Positions 27,591 through 38,021 of a DNA stretch of 64,000 bases are shown in pieces. The translations under genes were made by a program, and so were the position numbers. The notes beneath the pieces were generated by a model. That model saw only the letters and a list, made by a program, of their open reading frames with translations, had not been told where the DNA came from and did not search any database. Each line of letters begins with the position of its first letter. Position 1 is the stretch's first letter. Source of the stretch: Candidatus Eiseniibacteriota bacterium (GTDB lineage: Bacteria; Eisenbacteria; RBG-16-71-46; CAVPCR01); NCBI GenBank assembly GCA_963823555.1, contig CAWGMA010000004.1, positions 128,001-192,000 on the forward strand, read 5' to 3'.

Positions 27591-27635
27591 GGATGGTCAG
27601 TCTGGCCCCGTCTGCAGCTTGCGATCGGAGTCAGA

Positions 27636-28073
27636 CTAGCGGGCGGTTTGCTGGCGGTCGCGGATGCGACCGCGAAAGACCACCTGGACCTCATCGACCT
27701 CGAAGCGCGATGGGTCGATCCGATGCTCGAGCGCAAGGACCTGCTCGGACGGAATGTCGACGATGCGGTGCGTCCGAGTGTCGAGAAAGTGCGGGTGCGC
27801 GGAGAGAAGCGGATCGTAATGAACGGCACCCTCCTCGATGGCCACCGCGCGCAGGAGCCCATTCCGCACCAGCAAGTTCAGGGTGTTGTACACCGTCGCC
27901 TTGGAGACGACGGGGAGCACCTTGGTGACGGCCTGGTAGATATCCTCGGCGTTCGGGTGCTCTCTGCTGTTGAGAACATATTCAGCGATGGCAATGCGTT
28001 GAGCGGTGAGATTGAGGCCACACTCCGCCAGGAGCCCCACGATCTCTTCGCGGTTCCGTTTGCTTGTCTTCAT
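27636..28073 (-). CDS. Fur-family transcriptional regulator (PerR/Irr-like, no CxxC)
   Basis: LTAQRIAI, HPNAEDIY, SKATVYNTLNLL and HPHFLD. Confidence 0.88.
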   Translation of the reverse strand: MKTSKRNREEIVGLLAECGLNLTAQRIAIAEYVLNSREHPNAEDIYQAVTKVLPVVSKATVYNTLNLLVRNGLLRAVAIEEGAVHYDPLLSAHPHFLDTRTHRIVDIPSEQVLALEHRIDPSRFEVDEVQVVFRGRIRDRQQTAR

Positions 28074-28147
28074 GGGCGAATCCAATCTTGGTCGGGAACA
28101 AATTCCACACGGTGATTATAGGATCCCGGTTGGCGCGAGCGGAACGA

Positions 28148-28183
28148 AATCGGGCCCCATCCGGTGCAGGATGGGGCCCGATT
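28148..28183 (-). terminator. Intrinsic terminator downstream of the cyclophilin gene
   Basis: Perfect 15-bp inverted repeat AATCGGGCCCCATCC / GGATGGGGCCCGATT with a 6-nt loop. Confidence 0.65.
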
Positions 28184-28219
28184 ATCTATCATTCTCGTTT
28201 TAGATTTCCCGCCGGCCGC

Positions 28220-28861
28220 TCAACCCTCCACGCGGCGCACCGACTGGATGATGACCGGCTCGAGCGGACAGTCGCTCGAGAATGGACCCTTGGCCCCGGT
28301 CTTGACTGCCTTGATCTTGTCGACGACATCCATCCCGGCGATAACCTCGCCGAAGACCGCATAGCCATAGTCGCGGGGCGTACCGTTCTTGTGATCGAGG
28401 AACTTGTTGTCGACAACATTGATGAAGAACTGGGAGGTGGCGCTGTCCACGATATTCGTCCTGGCCATCGCCACGGTTCCCTGCTTGTTCGAGAGCCCGT
28501 TCATGGCCTCGTTCTTGATCGGTGCCCTGGTCTCCTTCTTGCTCATGTCGGTTGCGAACCCGCCACCCTGCACCATGAATCCGTCGATCACGCGGTGGAA
28601 GATCGTGCCGTCATAGAACCCTGCATCCACGTAGGCCAGGAAGTTCTCGACCGAGACCGGGGCCTTGTCCTGGAAGAGCTGGATCTTCAAGTCCCCCATG
28701 GAGGTCTTGACGAGGACGACGGGGTTGGTCCCCTCCTGCTGGCCCGCGGCCTGAGCGGTGAGAGCGGCGGGCTGTTCCTGGGCCTGGGCCATGGCGAGGG
28801 GGACCAGGATGAGGGCGAGGGCCGTGGCCAGGACGAGGCGGCGGGGCATGGACGAGAGCAT
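28220..28861 (-). CDS. ppiA: Periplasmic cyclophilin-type peptidyl-prolyl isomerase
   Basis: Signal peptide; [34 protein letters not shown] and GYAVFGEV. Confidence 0.93.
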   Translation of the reverse strand: MLSSMPRRLVLATALALILVPLAMAQAQEQPAALTAQAAGQQEGTNPVVLVKTSMGDLKIQLFQDKAPVSVENFLAYVDAGFYDGTIFHRVIDGFMVQGGGFATDMSKKETRAPIKNEAMNGLSNKQGTVAMARTNIVDSATSQFFINVVDNKFLDHKNGTPRDYGYAVFGEVIAGMDVVDKIKAVKTGAKGPFSSDCPLEPVIIQSVRRVEG

Positions 28862-29222
28862 CTGGATCCTCCTAACCGATACCGGTCATGGGTTTGGCGG
28901 CTTGGCGCAGCCTCGCCGATGCCATCTCGCAGGGGCGAACTCCGTGGTTCGGAAAAGCCTACCAGGCCCATCGGCGAGAGACAATGTCACCCGCCCATGG
29001 CTCCTGCCCGTCAAGTGACGTGAGCGGGACATGTTGCGGGCCGGGTTGGCTCCTTCCCGGGCCGGGGCAGGGTGGACCGCTGGCAGGAGCGGTCACTAGC
29101 TCTTTGGTGGTACCTTGCTCCTGGTGCCAGGGTTCCGGCAGGGCCGGAGTCCTTCCCAGGCCTCGGTGCCAGCCCCGGCGGGGGCCGTTCCCCGAGGACG
29201 GCGAGCAAGTGGAGGGCCAGCA

Positions 29223-29933
29223 ATGGTCGATGAACGCGTATCCGCGCCGGCCGGGGCAGAGCGGGATGGCGGCCTTGAAGGCGAGGTCCATGTCCGGCCG
29301 GTCGTGAACCTGACCCGGGCCGAAGCGCAGGCGGTGATCGGCGTCTTCCACCAGGCCTTTCCTCCGGCCCAGCGGATCGAGGACGCGGCTCTCGTCCAGC
29401 TCCTGCCCCAACCTCATGAGGAGCCGGGTGGAATCTGCTTCCATGTCGCTGAAGGGCCGAACGGTGTCTGCGGCTTCGCCACCGGGTTCCACGTCTCGTC
29501 GATAGGACTGGCGACCATCGCGTATCTAGCCGTGGAGGAGTCATGGCGTGGCCGCGGCGTGGGGACGGCTCTGTTCAATTCGCTCGTTGATCGCTGGGGC
29601 AGCGCTCGCCCGCGGTCGCCCCACTGGATCCTCCTCGAGGTGGACCGTCCGGAACTGGCACGGAGCAAGGCCGAACGCCAGCTCAGCGAGCGCCGCATTG
29701 GCTTCTACGAGCGCCTCGGCTGCCGGCGGATCGAGGCCGACTTCCAGGCGCCTCCGCTCGGTCCGGAACTGCCCGTCGTGCCCTACTGGATCTATGCCCT
29801 GCCGATGCGCGAGCCGGATTTCCGCCCCTTGGCGCTCAGGAACGCGATCTCCGATCTGTATCGCGAGGTCTATGGCCTGCTGGAGGATCACGCGCTCGTC
29901 CGCCACTGTCTCGACAGCATGGTGCAGGAATGA
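29223..29933 (+). CDS. GNAT-family N-acetyltransferase
   Basis: YLAVEESWRGRGVGTALF, LLEVD and RRIGFYERLG. Confidence 0.8.
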   Translation: MVDERVSAPAGAERDGGLEGEVHVRPVVNLTRAEAQAVIGVFHQAFPPAQRIEDAALVQLLPQPHEEPGGICFHVAEGPNGVCGFATGFHVSSIGLATIAYLAVEESWRGRGVGTALFNSLVDRWGSARPRSPHWILLEVDRPELARSKAERQLSERRIGFYERLGCRRIEADFQAPPLGPELPVVPYWIYALPMREPDFRPLALRNAISDLYREVYGLLEDHALVRHCLDSMVQE

Positions 29934-29954
29934 TGAGGATCGGATTCCCCCGAC

Positions 29955-30818
29955 TCACCGGCCCCGGACATGGCGCGGATCGAGGGCTTCCCGCAATCCG
30001 TCGCCGACGAAGTTCAGGCTGAGGAGGGTGAGGGCGAGCGCCGTTCCGGGGAACACCACGAGCCACCAGTTCGTGCGCACGATCGAGATCGCCTGAGCGC
30101 CCTCCGCAGCCAGGAGCCCCCAGCTGGTTCTTGGCGGCGACACCCCGAGGCCGAGGAAACTCAAGAAGGCCTCCTCGAGGATGACCGTGGGCACGGTCAG
30201 CGTGGCGTACACGATGATCGGCCCGGCGATGTTGGGCAGGATATGGCGGAAGATGATTCGCCGGTCCGAGGCGCCCAGGGCTCGCGCCGCCTCGACGAAG
30301 GGCTGAGCTTTCAAGCTCAGGACCTGTCCCCGCACGATCCGGCTCATGGTGAGCCATTGCACGGCGCCCAGTGCCACGAAGAGCAGGATGAGAGAGCGCC
30401 CGAAGTAGGCGACGAGCAGGATGACGAAGAACATGAAGGGCAACGTGTAGAGCAGATCCACGAAACGCATCATCCAGTGATCGAGCCGTCCCCCGGCGTA
30501 TCCAGCGATCGCACCCCAGGTGACCCCGATCACCAGGCTCACGAGCGTCGCCACCAGACCGACCAGGAGCGAGATGCGGCCTCCATGAGCCACCCGCACC
30601 AGGAGATCGCGGCCCGCAATGTCGGTGCCGAAGGGATGCGCGATGGACGGAGGTTGGAGCTGGGAGGCGAGATCCTGGGCATCGAAGGCGTAAGGACTCA
30701 ACACCGGGACGAAGATCGTTGCCAGCACGATCGCCGCGAGCATCAAGGCGGCAGTGCGCGCCGCGCGATTGCCGTGGAACTCGGCGCCGGCATCAGCCAG
30801 GAGGCCACCGCCGCTCAT
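29955..30818 (-). CDS. oppC: Oligopeptide ABC transporter permease (OppC type)
   Basis: HPFGTDIAGRDL, FVEAARALGAS and EAFLSFLGLG. Confidence 0.92.
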   Translation of the reverse strand: MSGGGLLADAGAEFHGNRAARTAALMLAAIVLATIFVPVLSPYAFDAQDLASQLQPPSIAHPFGTDIAGRDLLVRVAHGGRISLLVGLVATLVSLVIGVTWGAIAGYAGGRLDHWMMRFVDLLYTLPFMFFVILLVAYFGRSLILLFVALGAVQWLTMSRIVRGQVLSLKAQPFVEAARALGASDRRIIFRHILPNIAGPIIVYATLTVPTVILEEAFLSFLGLGVSPPRTSWGLLAAEGAQAISIVRTNWWLVVFPGTALALTLLSLNFVGDGLREALDPRHVRGR

Positions 30819-31735
30819 CGCTCGAGCTCCACCCGCGGATCGAGGACATGATAGGCGATGTCGACCGTCAAGTTGAGGAGCATGAGCAGAACGGAGTAGA
30901 AGAGCACTGTCCCCATCGCCAACGTGTAGTCGCGGTTGAGGGCGCTCTGCACGAAGAAGGTCCCAAGCCCGGGGACGAGGAAGATCCGCTCGATGACCAC
31001 CGATCCCGTCAGCGTGGCCGCCGTGGCCGGGCCGAGGTAGGAGATCACCGGGAGGATCGCCACGCGCAACGCGTGGCGTAGCGCGACCGCGGTTTCGCTC
31101 AAGCCCTTGGCGCGAGCCGTCCTTACAAAATCCTCACTGAGCGCTTCGATCATGCCGCTGCGAGTCAGGCGGGCGATGATGGCGGCGCGGGACGCGGCCA
31201 GGGTCAGCGCCGGCAGGATGAGCTGGCGGAGCGAGCCCCAGCCGGCGGGAGGCAGGAGCCCGAGAGCGAAGGCGAAGACCAGGATGAAGAGCGGAGCCAG
31301 GACGAAGTTCGGGATACAGATCCCGGCCATGGAGATCGCCATCGCTGCATGATCCGTGAACCGCCCGCGCCGCATCGCACTCACGACTCCCGCCGCCACT
31401 CCGGTGACGAGTGCGATCGACATCGCCAGAGCACCGAGTGTGAGCGAGACCGGCGCGCTCTGCGCGATGATCTCGTTCACCGAGCGGTTCCGATAGCGGA
31501 ACGACGGACCCAGGTCGCCGCGGATGAGTTCACGGGCATAGCGTCCGAACTGCGCGAACAGTGGCTCATCCAGGTGGTAGCGGGCGCGGACGGCGGCCTC
31601 GATGGTGGGCGGCAGGCTGCGCTCGGCGTCGAAGGGCCCACCGGGGGCGGTCCGCATGAAGAGAAAGGCCAGGAACAGGGCGATGGCCAGGAGAGGGATG
31701 AGGCCGAGGAGGCGCCGCGCGACGTAGGCCATCAT
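30815..31735 (-). CDS. oppB: Oligopeptide ABC transporter permease (OppB type)
   Basis: APGGPFD, GDLGPSF, DFVRTARAKGL, HALRVA and NRDY. Overlaps the flanking stop/start codons. Confidence 0.92.
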   Translation of the reverse strand: MMAYVARRLLGLIPLLAIALFLAFLFMRTAPGGPFDAERSLPPTIEAAVRARYHLDEPLFAQFGRYARELIRGDLGPSFRYRNRSVNEIIAQSAPVSLTLGALAMSIALVTGVAAGVVSAMRRGRFTDHAAMAISMAGICIPNFVLAPLFILVFAFALGLLPPAGWGSLRQLILPALTLAASRAAIIARLTRSGMIEALSEDFVRTARAKGLSETAVALRHALRVAILPVISYLGPATAATLTGSVVIERIFLVPGLGTFFVQSALNRDYTLAMGTVLFYSVLLMLLNLTVDIAYHVLDPRVELER

Positions 31736-33345
31736 CGGGCAGCGATCTCCGCGCGGTCCTTGCGATAGACGTGCTTCAAGAGCAGCAGGTTGAGCAGATT
31801 GGGCTCGCAGCCGCCGAAGCGGCGATCGTCGTAGCAGTTGAGGGTCACGAGAAAGTAGAGGGGGATGATCGGGGCCTCGGCGAGCAGGATCTCCTCGGCA
31901 CGAGCGAGGACCGAGAAACGGCGTGCCGGTTCGGTCTCCGCGGCGGCCTCGGCCATGAGCCGCGTGTACTCCGGGTGCGACCAGCCCGTGCGGTTGTTGG
32001 GATTGTCGGGCAGCCAGAGGTCGAGGAAGGTCGTGGGATCGAGGTAGTCGCCGATCCATCCTCCGCGTGAGATCTCGTACTCGCCCGCCCGGGTCGAGTT
32101 CAAGAACACCTTCCATTCCTGGTTGCGAAGCTCGCAGTGGATGCCGAGCTCGCGCTGCCACTGCTCCTGGACCACCTCGGCCAGTGGTCGCTGCTCCTCG
32201 GAGGTGTTGAACAGGAGCTCGAAGGAGGGAAAGCCCCGGCCCTCCGGATAGCCGGCGGTGGCCAAGAGCTCGCGAGCTCGGGCCGGATCGTGCGCCGGGC
32301 CGAGCGGACTCGAGTAGCCCGGGATGCCGGGCGGCACCAGGTGCCGCGCCGGGATCTGGCCGCTCCGTGTGATGTGAGTGACGATCGCCTGCTTGTCGAT
32401 CGCCAGGTTGAGCGCCTGCCTTACCCGCGGGTCCGTGAAGGGAGGACGCGTGACGTTGATGCGGTAGAAGAACGTGTTGAAGTACGTGCTGGTATGGAAG
32501 TCCGGCCGTTTCATGACGGCGTCCCGGATCATCGGCGGGATGGATGTGGAGTCGATCCAGTCCGTTTCGCCGGTGGCGTAGAGGTTGAAGGCCGTCGAGG
32601 CCTGCTCGCTGAAGATGGCGTCAGCGGTTTGCAGATCGACATGCGCCGCATCCCAGTAGAGGCGGTTCTTCTCGAGGCGGATACGCCGGCGGAGCTGCCA
32701 GTCGACCAGGACGAACGGGCCGTTCGAGACGATGTGCTCGGGACGGATCCAGTCCTCGCCGTGCATGCGCACCACCCGCGGGTTCGTCGGGTAGAAGGGG
32801 TAGAAGGCGCAGAGATCGAGGAAGGTCGGTGTGGGATGGGCGAGATGAACGACGAAGGTCGAGTCGTCGTCGGCGCGGATGCCGACCTGGCGGATGTCAG
32901 CGATCTCGCCGCGATAGTAGCGTTGGGCGTTCTCGATGGCGAAGAAGAGATCGACATAGCGGGCTCCGCTCGCCGGGTCCAGCATGCGTTGCCACTGGAA
33001 GGTGAAGTCGTGGGCCGTGACCGGGTCGCCGTTCGACCACTGGCTCGGGCGGAGATGGAAGGTGATCTGCCGGCTGTCAGGTGCGATCTCCCAGCGGTAG
33101 GCCACTCCGGGTTGGGGTGACAGGGTCGCCGGATCCCGCGTCAAGAGCCCCTCGAAGAGGGCTGCGGCCACTCGCCCGCCGGCCTGGTCCGTGATCAGGG
33201 TGGGATCCAGGGTTTCGGGCTCAGAGGCGAGATCGAAGACGAATTCGGCGCGCTCCTCCACGCCGGCATGCATGACGAAGGCGACCGGGATCGCGATGAC
33301 GAGGACGAGGGCGATCGCCGGCAGGATGGGGAGGTCGCGCATCAT
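31732..33345 (-). CDS. oppA: Oligopeptide ABC transporter substrate-binding protein
   Basis: EPETLDP, LFEGL, WSNGDPVTAHDF, SNGPF, VRQALNLAIDK and GWIGDYLDP. Confidence 0.92.
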   Translation of the reverse strand: MMRDLPILPAIALVLVIAIPVAFVMHAGVEERAEFVFDLASEPETLDPTLITDQAGGRVAAALFEGLLTRDPATLSPQPGVAYRWEIAPDSRQITFHLRPSQWSNGDPVTAHDFTFQWQRMLDPASGARYVDLFFAIENAQRYYRGEIADIRQVGIRADDDSTFVVHLAHPTPTFLDLCAFYPFYPTNPRVVRMHGEDWIRPEHIVSNGPFVLVDWQLRRRIRLEKNRLYWDAAHVDLQTADAIFSEQASTAFNLYATGETDWIDSTSIPPMIRDAVMKRPDFHTSTYFNTFFYRINVTRPPFTDPRVRQALNLAIDKQAIVTHITRSGQIPARHLVPPGIPGYSSPLGPAHDPARARELLATAGYPEGRGFPSFELLFNTSEEQRPLAEVVQEQWQRELGIHCELRNQEWKVFLNSTRAGEYEISRGGWIGDYLDPTTFLDLWLPDNPNNRTGWSHPEYTRLMAEAAAETEPARRFSVLARAEEILLAEAPIIPLYFLVTLNCYDDRRFGGCEPNLLNLLLLKHVYRKDRAEIAAR

Positions 33346-33361
33346 GGCGGACAGGCTGGCC

Positions 33362-34459
33362 CTAGGATGCGGTCACCGCCTCCAGCGTCATGCGGAGGTG
33401 AGGCTTCTCGAGACGGATCTCCCGCCGGCCGTCGTCCACGGCCGTACCGAGAAGGAAGGCGGGGATGCCATGGCGTGTGGCCCCTGCCAGGGCTTGGTCG
33501 GCACCGGCGGGGGAGAGGACGGCGATGAAGCCGATCCCCATATTGAAGGTGGCGAACATCTCCGGCTCGGTCACCGGGCCGTGGGCGGCGATCAGGGGGA
33601 AGATCGGGGGTGGGGTCGGGCAAGTCGAGATCTCGTAGCTCATGCCGCGGTGGAGCCGGAGCAGGTTCCGCCATCCGTCGCCCGTGATGTGAGCCAGTCC
33701 GTGCGCATGGCCGCTGGCGAGGAGATCGAGAGCGAGCGCAACATAGATTCGGGTGGGTTCGAGAAGCTCGGCCCCGAGCTCGCGGCCCAGCTCCGGGATA
33801 TAGGTGTCGAGATCGATCCGGGCCTGGTCGAGCAGCACGCGACGAGCCAGGGTGTAGCCGTTCGAATGGAGTCCCGTGGCGGCGAACCCGACCACGATGT
33901 CTCCGGCGGCGATCGCATCGCCGAGAACCATCCGGTCGGGCTGGACCACCCCCACGGCCGTGCCGACCAGGTCGAGGGCCTGATCGGGACGGGGGCCGGT
34001 GAGCATGTCCGGAAGCTGGGCCAACTCGCCCGCCGGGATCGTGATGCGCGCCTGCTCGGCGCCGCTGAGGAGCCCGACTCCCAGCGCGGCGAGGAGATCA
34101 TCATCGAGACGTCGTACCGCGATGTAATCGACCATGGCCACCGGCTCGGCGCCGACGCAGAGGATATCGTTGACATTCATCGCTACCAGATCGATTCCGA
34201 GCGACTCGTAGCGCCCGGCCATCTCGGCAACGACGATCTTCGAGCCCACGCCGTCGATCGAAACGGCGATCCCGGTCCCGCCGACCTGGATCACATTGGC
34301 ATAATGCCCGAAGTCGAGCAGCACGCGGCCCTCGCCCCCGGACCGGAGGGGAATGGTGCGCCTGAGGGAGGAGAGAAGACCCTTGAGCCCATGGGCGGCC
34401 TGATCCGCGTCGACTCCACTCGCTGCATAGGTGAGGCCGTTCGTCGGTCGGCTCGGCAT
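33362..34459 (-). CDS. purM: Phosphoribosylformylglycinamidine cyclo-ligase (AIR synthetase)
   Basis: TYAASGVD, DGVGSK, GIDLVAMNVND, GLHSNGYTLAR, LLEPTRIY, AHITGDG and TFNMGIG. Confidence 0.92.
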   Translation of the reverse strand: MPSRPTNGLTYAASGVDADQAAHGLKGLLSSLRRTIPLRSGGEGRVLLDFGHYANVIQVGGTGIAVSIDGVGSKIVVAEMAGRYESLGIDLVAMNVNDILCVGAEPVAMVDYIAVRRLDDDLLAALGVGLLSGAEQARITIPAGELAQLPDMLTGPRPDQALDLVGTAVGVVQPDRMVLGDAIAAGDIVVGFAATGLHSNGYTLARRVLLDQARIDLDTYIPELGRELGAELLEPTRIYVALALDLLASGHAHGLAHITGDGWRNLLRLHRGMSYEISTCPTPPPIFPLIAAHGPVTEPEMFATFNMGIGFIAVLSPAGADQALAGATRHGIPAFLLGTAVDDGRREIRLEKPHLRMTLEAVTAS

Positions 34460-34792
34460 GCTCGATCTCCTGTTCGGCGTGGCCATCCTCGGGCCCGGGT
34501 TTCCTCCAGGGCCGCTTCGGCCCGGCCGGGTCGGGTCATCATGCCACAGGGCTCCCCCCGGGGGGCAGCCGGGGCGATGGCGGCCGCGGCCGCCTCTTTC
34601 GCGGCGAGCGGCGACCTGGTCTCAAGTTGTTGTAAAGTAAATGATTAAAGGACCGATTGGCCGTCACTTTGGGCTTGGCGGAAGGGGGGCGGCTCGTCTA
34701 GATTTTTAGGCGCTTCGGGTCCGTTGGGCGGAGGTGGCGCCGGTTCGCACGCGCCCTCGCGCCGCGGCGATGCCGGAAAGGATGGGAGCTCT

Positions 34793-35101
34793 ATGACGTA
34801 TGTGGTAGTCAGCAACTGTCAGGATTGCCGTTTCACCGACTGCGTCACCGTTTGTCCTGTCGACTGCTTCCATGGTGACGATCGCATGCTGTACATCGAT
34901 CCGGACGAGTGCATCGACTGCGGTGCTTGCGTGCCGGAGTGTCCGGTCGAGGCGATCTTCGCGGAGGATGACGTGCCGGAGTCGGAGCAGTCGTGGATCG
35001 CGGTCAATGCCGAGAAGGCCCCGGGCCTTCCGGTCTTCAATGAGAAGCTGGATCCTCTGCCCACGGCCGAGGAGAAGAAGAAGAAGCTAGGGTTCGCCTA
35101 G
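34793..35101 (+). CDS. fdxA: 7Fe ([3Fe-4S]/[4Fe-4S]) ferredoxin, Azotobacter FdI type
   Basis: CQDCRFTDCVTVCPVDC and CIDCGACVPECPVEAI. Confidence 0.92.
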   Translation: MTYVVVSNCQDCRFTDCVTVCPVDCFHGDDRMLYIDPDECIDCGACVPECPVEAIFAEDDVPESEQSWIAVNAEKAPGLPVFNEKLDPLPTAEEKKKKLGFA

Positions 35102-35151
35102 ACTCCGCTCCTGACAGGAGCGTTCGCGGCGCGACAGCCTGGATTCGCTTG

Positions 35152-35187
35152 AACGAGGGGAGACTCCCGAGGGAGCTTCCCCTCGTT
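35152..35187. terminator. Hairpin between convergent fdxA and glgP
   Basis: AACGAGGGGA..CTCCC-GA-GGGAG..TCCCCTCGTT inverted repeat. Confidence 0.65.
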
Positions 35188-35192
35188 GAGTC

Positions 35193-37799
35193 CTAGGCCG
35201 AAGCCATGACCATCGGCGAAGCAGCCGGCTCTCCCCACCAACGCACGAGCCTCATCTCGAAGGGATTGGCCGCCAGTCCCAGCGTCGAGGGCTTCACCCG
35301 CACAGCGAATCCATGCCGGCCGCTCGTCGCGCACGGCACATACCCGGTGAAGACATGCTCTCCCTGAGCGCTCGCGCCCTTCGCCCACTCGAGCGGGTAG
35401 GGGGTTCCCTCCACGATCTCGCCCTTGGCGCTCACCAGCCCCGCGACGGCTTCCACCGCTACATCCTCGGGCTCCAGGTCGCCGAGGCGAACGACGACGG
35501 AGACCGGCACGTGCTCGCCGACCTTGAACTCCTGCACGGTCTCGGCCTGAACCTGGAGCACATCGACCGCCGGCCATCGGGTCACGACCTTCTGCTTCCA
35601 GCTAGCCAGTTTGCGCGCCACGGCCATCTCATCCGCCGCCAGCATCTTCCATTGCAGCGAGGCGGGGAGATAGAACCGTTCGCAATAATCCTCGACCATC
35701 CGGTTGGTGTTGAAGATGGGGATCAGCGTGCGCATCGAGGTCTTCATCATCGCGATCCAGTCCCGGGGCAGGCCTTCCGGGCCGCGACCGTAGAAGAGCG
35801 GCGCGATCTCGGTCTCGAGCAGATCGTACAGGGCAAGGCTCTCGAGCTCGTCCTGGTAGTCGTGGTCCTCGTACTCCTCGCCGTGGCCGATGGCCCAGCC
35901 GTTGTCGCCACGGAAGCCCTCGCACCACCAGCCGTCGAGCACCGAGACATTGATGCCGCCGTTGACCGGCACCTTCATCCCGCAGGTGCCGCTGGCCTCC
36001 AGCGGGCGGCGGGGTGTGTTGAGCCAGAGGTCGACACCCTGCGACCAGGTAGCGGCCATCTCGATGTCGTAGTCCTCGAGGAAGACGATACGCCGGCGGA
36101 ACTCGTCCCGCCCGGCGAGGTGGATGATCTCGCGGATCAGCTCCTTGCCCAGCTGGTCCTTGGGATGGGCCTTGCCGGCGAAGATGATCTGGATCGGCTG
36201 GTCCGGCCCGGTTCAGGATGCGCGCCAGGCGCTCCGGATCGCGGAACAGGAGCGTGGCCCGCTTGTAGGTGGCGAAGCGACGGGCGAAGCCGATGGTCAG
36301 GACCTCGGGATCCAGCACCTCGCTCGTGAACTTGGTGGCCGTGCGGTGAACGCCGCGCCGCTCGAGCTGCCAGCGCAGCCGCTGCGCGAGCGAAGGCCAC
36401 CAGCCGCTCGCGCAGCCGTTCGTGGCTCCGCCACAGCTCGGCGTCGGGAATGTGATCGACGCGTTCCCAGATGCGGTGCGCCGTGGGATCCTCGAACCAG
36501 CGCGGTCCGAGGTAGCGATCGTAGAGGCGGGCGATCTCCGTCGAGAACCAGGATGCGGTGTGGATGCCGTTGGTGATGTGGTCGATGGGGACCTCGTGCT
36601 CGGGCACGCCCGGCCAGACGCGCTGCCACATGCGGCGCGAAACACGTGCCGTGCAGTTCGCTCACGCCGTTGGCGCGGCCGGCCAGTGCGGAGCGCGAGC
36701 ACGGTCATGCAGAAGCGCCTCGTTCTTGTCGTTCGGGTCCTGACGACCGAGGCGCAGGAGGTCCTCGATGGTCGATGCCGCTCCGCGCCGGATAGGCGGC
36801 GAAGTAGCTGCGCATGAGCTCGGGGGTGAAGACATCGTTGCCGGCCGGCACGGGCGTGTGCGTGGTGAAGACCGTCGAGGCGTGCACCACCTCCTTGGCC
36901 TCCTGCCAGTTCAGCTGCCGGCGTTCATGCAACATGGCCGATCCGCTCCAGGGCGAGGAAGGCGGAGTGCCCCTCGTTCATGTGATAGACGGTGGGTTCG
37001 ATGCCCAGGGCGGCAAGGGCGCGCACGCCGCCGATGCCGAGCAGGATCTCCTGCTGGATGCGCATCTCGTTGTCGCCGCCGTAGAGCTGGTTGGTGATCT
37101 CGCGGTCCTCGGGGCTGTTCTCGAGCACGTTGGTGTCAAGCAGGAAGAGCGGCATGCGGCCGACCTGCACTCGCCAGATGCGCGCGTAGACCGGGCGACC
37201 GGGCAGCTCGACCTGGATCATGTAGGGTGACCCATCGGGCCGCCTTTCGAGCGACATCGGCATGTTGTAGAAGTCGTTCTCCTGCATGGTCTCCTGCTGC
37301 CAGCCGTCGTGGTTCAGGTACTGGCGGAAGTAGCCGACGCGGTAGCAGAGCCCGACGCCGACCAGGGGCAGACCGAGGTCGCTGGCCGACTTCAGGTGGT
37401 CGCCGGCGAGGATGCCGAGGCCGCCGGAGTAGAGGGGCAGGCACTCGTGGATGCCGAACTCGGCCGAGAAGTAGGCCACCTTCATGCCGAGAGCGTCGGC
37501 GTGGACGCGCTCGTACCAGGTCGTGAAATTGACATAGCGGTCGAGCTCGGCGCGGACCCGTTCCATGTGGGCGACGAAGACCTCGTCCACGGTGAGCTCG
37601 CGGAGGCGGTCCTGGCCGATGAGTCCGAGGAGCTGGATCGGGTTGTGATGGCTCTGATCCCACAGCTGGGGATCGACGCTGCGGAACAGCTCCGTTGCGT
37701 CGGGGTCCAGGTCCACCACAGGTTGCGGGCGATCTCGGTCAGGGGCCGGAGCCCGTCCGGGATGTTGGGGACGACCGTAAATCTTTGAATAACTTGCAT
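35193..37799 (-). pseudogene. glgP: Alpha-glucan (glycogen/maltodextrin) phosphorylase, multiply frameshifted as written (probably sequencing error)
   Basis: Fragments across frames: NLWWTW, AYFSAEFG..YSGGLGILAGDHLKSASDLG, HMNEGHSAF, FTTHTPVPAGND, ITNGIH, GFARRFATYKRA, FAGKAHP and EASGTCGMK. At least seven frame switches between ~36050 and ~37710. Confidence 0.88.
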
Positions 37800-38021
37800 T
37801 TAGATTCTCCGGGCGGGCGGCTTCCGGCGGTGCCGAGCGCGGTTCAAGCCCCCCCCGGCGTTGTCGGAGGTTCGGGGGGATACCCTTAGGGCTCGTCGGG
37901 GCCGGCCCGCACTCTGAACCCGCGATCCCGGCGGCATGGGCCGGAGGGGCGGAAGCCTAGCACAGGGTTTCCCGGTGGAAGCGACGGAAGCCCGGCCCTC
38001 ACGACCCGGTCCGGGCCGGAT

